Shown here one piece after another: positions 60,761 through 64,000 of a stretch of 64,000 nt of DNA. The translations under genes were made by a program, and so were the position numbers. The DNA is from Mobula hypostoma (Eukaryota). The first letter of the stretch is position 1. The number at the start of each line of letters is the position of its first letter. Location of the stretch: positions 239,756,001 to 239,820,000 of the forward strand of contig NC_086097.1 of the NCBI RefSeq assembly GCF_963921235.1. Direction: 5' to 3'. The notes beneath the pieces are model-generated. The model was given only the letters and a program-made list of their open reading frames with translations, was not told the DNA's origin and made no database searches.

Positions 60761-61449
60761 ACAAGATTTCTGAATGGACATTGAACCCGTGAACAGTACT
60801 GCACTACTTTTTTTGCACTATTTAATTTAAATATTATATACGTATATGGTTCAGCACCAACTAGATGGGCCAAAGGGCTTGTTTCTGCACTGTACTTTTC
60901 TATGACTGTATGACCCTATATACTTACTGCATAAACAACAAATTTCATGACGTGGTATTGCCGGTGATATTAAACCTGATTCTGATCGTGGAAGTAAGCA
61001 CAAGTGTGCCATAAAATTAGTATAAATTACAAAATAAATTTTTTTAAAAGGGAGTAATGTGGTAGTGTTCATGGGTTTATGGACCATTTAGAAACCTGAT
61101 GATGGAGGAGAAGAAGCTATTTCTGTTTGCATCCGAGCGTTGCTGGCAGCTGACTGAAACAGAATTAGGGCTTCGACATATATTAACTCTTCATTTTAAG
61201 ATACATTGTGAAATTAGACTGCCCTGAGAAGAGATGCCCTTTCAAGGACTCTTTATACCGCTGGTTCTCAGTATTTCTTTTTTATTTGGAGAACTTGTTT
61301 ATTTTAGCTCATCAATTGTTTGCAGGTCTGTGATGTTTCTGTATGGTTTTTCATAAATTCTAATGCAGTTATTTTATCCTGGTTAATGCCTACAAGAAAA
61401 TGAATCTCAAGGTAATAGATGGCAACCTATATGTTTTCTTTTAAAAAGA

Positions 61450-61750
61450 GATTAGATTTATTTGGCACATGCTTGTTGAAACATACAGTGAAATGCGTCC
61501 TTTGCGTTAAATCAAATCAATGAGAATTGTGCTGAGGGCAGCCTACAAGTATCACCACACTTCCAATGCTAACATAGTATGCCCACAACTCACGAACCCA
61601 AATGTCTTTGAAACGTGGGAGGAAACCAAAACACCCAGAGGAAACCCACACTTTCACAGAGAGAAGTACAAATTCCTTACAGGCAGCAGTGGAAATTGAA
61701 TCCCGATTTTTGATCATTGGCTCTGTAAAGTGATTGTGCTAACCACTCCA
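61450..61750 (-). mobile_element. V-SINE-like SINE with a different 3' tail
   Basis: GTGGGAGGAAACCAAAACACCCAGAGGAAACCCAC; tail resembles 18135-18215. Confidence 0.65.
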
Positions 61751-62229
61751 CTTTAGTTACACAGAGGTTACTTTGACCTTTGACCTGCCAAGAGTCTGCT
61801 ATTCATTGAGAGGCTAGAAGGAGCCAAACTGATGGAGCTCTCTTGTTCTCAGCAGTCATCTCTTTTTCTTCCAGAACAGGTTGGATCCCTTGATGTGGAA
61901 ATGCTGCCTGTAGAGTTACCAGAAACAGGTTGTTCCAGTGATTGAGGTGAGCCCCAAAACACAGTTCTGGCACAAGCCTCACAACTCAAAATTGCTGGTG
62001 AACGCAGCAGGCCAGGCAGCATCTCTAGGAAGCCTTCTCTCCCACATCCAGTGTGCATCAGTCAAGGGGCATGAGTAAACCTCTATTCCATCTCCCTCTG
62101 TCCTCACAGATTCAAAATTTAATAGTTAGTAGCAAAATGATCGTGTCCACCATTCTCAGAAAAGCGAAATAGGAATTCACATATTAACATATTGAAACTA
62201 ACTGAGATCCAGCAGACTTCACAGTAAGA

Positions 62230-62545
62230 CTTTTGATCTATGTTGAGATAAAGTTTCCTGTATTGTGGGAGTCTAGGACCAGAGGGCACAGCCTCAGAGT
62301 ACCAAGAATGCCCCTCAGGGTGGCAAATCTGTGGAATTCATTGCCACACATGGCTTTGCAGGCCAAATCATTGGATATGTTTAAACCAGAGGTTGATAGG
62401 TTTCTGATTAGTAAGGTGTCAAAGGTTTTATGGAGAAGGCAGGAGAATGGGATGGAGAGGGATAATAAGTCAGCAATGATGAAATGACAGAGCAGATTCA
62501 ATGGGTAAAATGGCCTATTTCTGCCCATATGTATTAAGGTCTTAA
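62230..62545 (+). mobile_element. CR1 3' fragment
   Basis: ESRTRGHSLR...RVANLWNSLP. Confidence 0.85.
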
Positions 62546-62703
62546 CTGTCAAAAGTCTTTGTGTCTCCTTTTTACTTTACCTTTTGCAGTCTCTGCAGAA
62601 CAGATAACTGGCCTACTCTTCAGCAAGAAGGAAACTGCAGCTTATCACAATTCGGTGCTTCAATTCCTGAAAATCCTGACAACTCTTCAATATTGTTTTA
62701 ATA

Positions 62704-63279
62704 TGTAACACCCTGAGAAAGGTTTCACTGCTAAAGTAATGGTTTTTCTGTAGCAGCAGTGTTTGAGGTATGGCTAGAGGTAACGGGGGCTTTGGAATGT
62801 GTGCCGCCCAATGAGGGGAGTGTTCTTTTCTTATTGTGTGCCCGAGACCAAGGTGATCTGGGCCTTTTATTCAGTGGAAGATGGAGAGAGAAGATGCCAG
62901 AATGGAGTGGTCGTAGATACCAGAACGGAGTGGACTTGGAGTGGGGCCGGGAGTTGATGAAGCCTGGGGAAATCGATGGAGGACCCACGGAACCAAAATC
63001 GTGAGCTCCAATTGTGCACATTGGACTGCTCTTTAAAATGGGCCCTTTTCTTTTTGCTTTCCTTTCCTAACACATTAGCCAAATTAAGAATTATAATGCT
63101 AAATCGTTTGATTGCATATGGTGTACTGTCTGATATTTTGTGGTACTGATTTGTAACAGGGTGACACATCACACAGCATCCATACAAAAAGGAGGTTTTG
63201 CACTTCAATCTCATATGTTTGGTGGGGCCAGAGATTGTCTTCCCTAGACTTACTCAGCCAACAGAACCTGAGGGTTACA
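62704..63279. mobile_element. Solo LTR (576 bp)
   Basis: Inverted termini TGTAAC...GTTACA; 4-bp TSD AATA at 62700-62703 and 63280-63283. Confidence 0.8.
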
Positions 63280-63354
63280 AATACAATGAATAAAAGACTC
63301 AATATGCTTTCCTCAATCTATTTTCCATTTAAAAAGTAAAATGAATTGTTTACC

Positions 63355-63548
63355 CTGCAAGTGGTTGAGGCAGGTTCGATGTTGTCATTTAAAGTTAAAT
63401 TGGATTGATACATGGACAGGAAAGGAATGGAGGGTTATGGGCTGAGTGCAGGTCGGTGGGACTAGGAGAGAGTAAGAGTTCGGCACGGACTAGAAGGGCC
63501 GAGATGGCCTGTTTCCATGCTGTAATTGTTATATGGTTATATGGTTAC
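63355..63548 (+). mobile_element. CR1 3' tail
   Basis: Matches 23040-23236; (GTTATATG)n tail. Confidence 0.85.
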
Positions 63549-64000
63549 AAGTCTGGAAGAAGTGGTGTCTTAGGATAATGCATCTGATCTCCATGAAGTT
63601 ACACCGTAAGTTTGGAATTTGCAAACATCCAGAGGTAATATATTTGCTATTGCTTGTACAGCTTCTTTCTAAATGAGATTGTCATGTATGAAAGAAAGAT
63701 GCTATGATAAAATTGCAGGAATTGCACAATAAATTAACTTGATGCTGTAAGTACTTTCTACATAAATACAGCATGTGAAAAGTATTATTATCTATGCCTG
63801 CCAAAAGCTTTGGCTATTTCTTAAGACTGCACAACCAAAAATTGCACACTTTCATGAAATTTTTTTGCCTATAATTTTACACTTTCAGATCTCTCCAATA
63901 ATTAAAATCTGAACAAACAAGACTCCAACTTTGTAAAGCTTGATTTTCAATGGCAACAAAGAAACATTCCAACAATCATAAAGACTTCATCATCATCACC

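Noticed and set aside
61875..61952. Good acceptor (TTTTTCTTCCAG) and donor (GTGAGC) pair
   Set aside because: Stops in all three frames; a non-coding or terminal exon cannot be excluded but is unsupported

Overview
Eukaryotic, repeat-dense non-coding DNA, most likely from a cartilaginous fish (ray or shark). That assignment is inferred from the HE1/V-SINE-like SINEs, the abundant CR1 families and the Penelope-like pseudo-LTR fragments. I could not identify any host protein-coding gene; every recognisable ORF is transposon-derived. The window holds at least three CR1 LINE families (several nested), Rex1/Babar-type LINEs, a young 5'-truncated L1 with a 14-bp TSD, and a near full-length but disrupted HERO/NeSL-like restriction-endonuclease LINE plus an internally deleted copy. 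It also holds many Penelope-like fragments carrying minimal hammerhead ribozyme motifs, RTE-derived non-autonomous elements, tRNA-derived SINEs, five solo LTRs (one swollen by a ~1.3 kb minisatellite), Tc1 remnants and a hAT-Charlie element. Four observations stand out: (1) two ~95-bp hammerhead-bearing mini-insertions, each with a perfect 13-bp TSD and the same terminus; (2) a 23-bp terminal direct repeat on the HERO-like element that appears element-encoded; (3) a 41-bp inverted templated insertion copied exactly from a site 1.6 kb away; (4) an RTE-derived element with a twin-priming-like 5' inversion inside a 12-bp TSD. Family names come from motif recognition, not from database searches.
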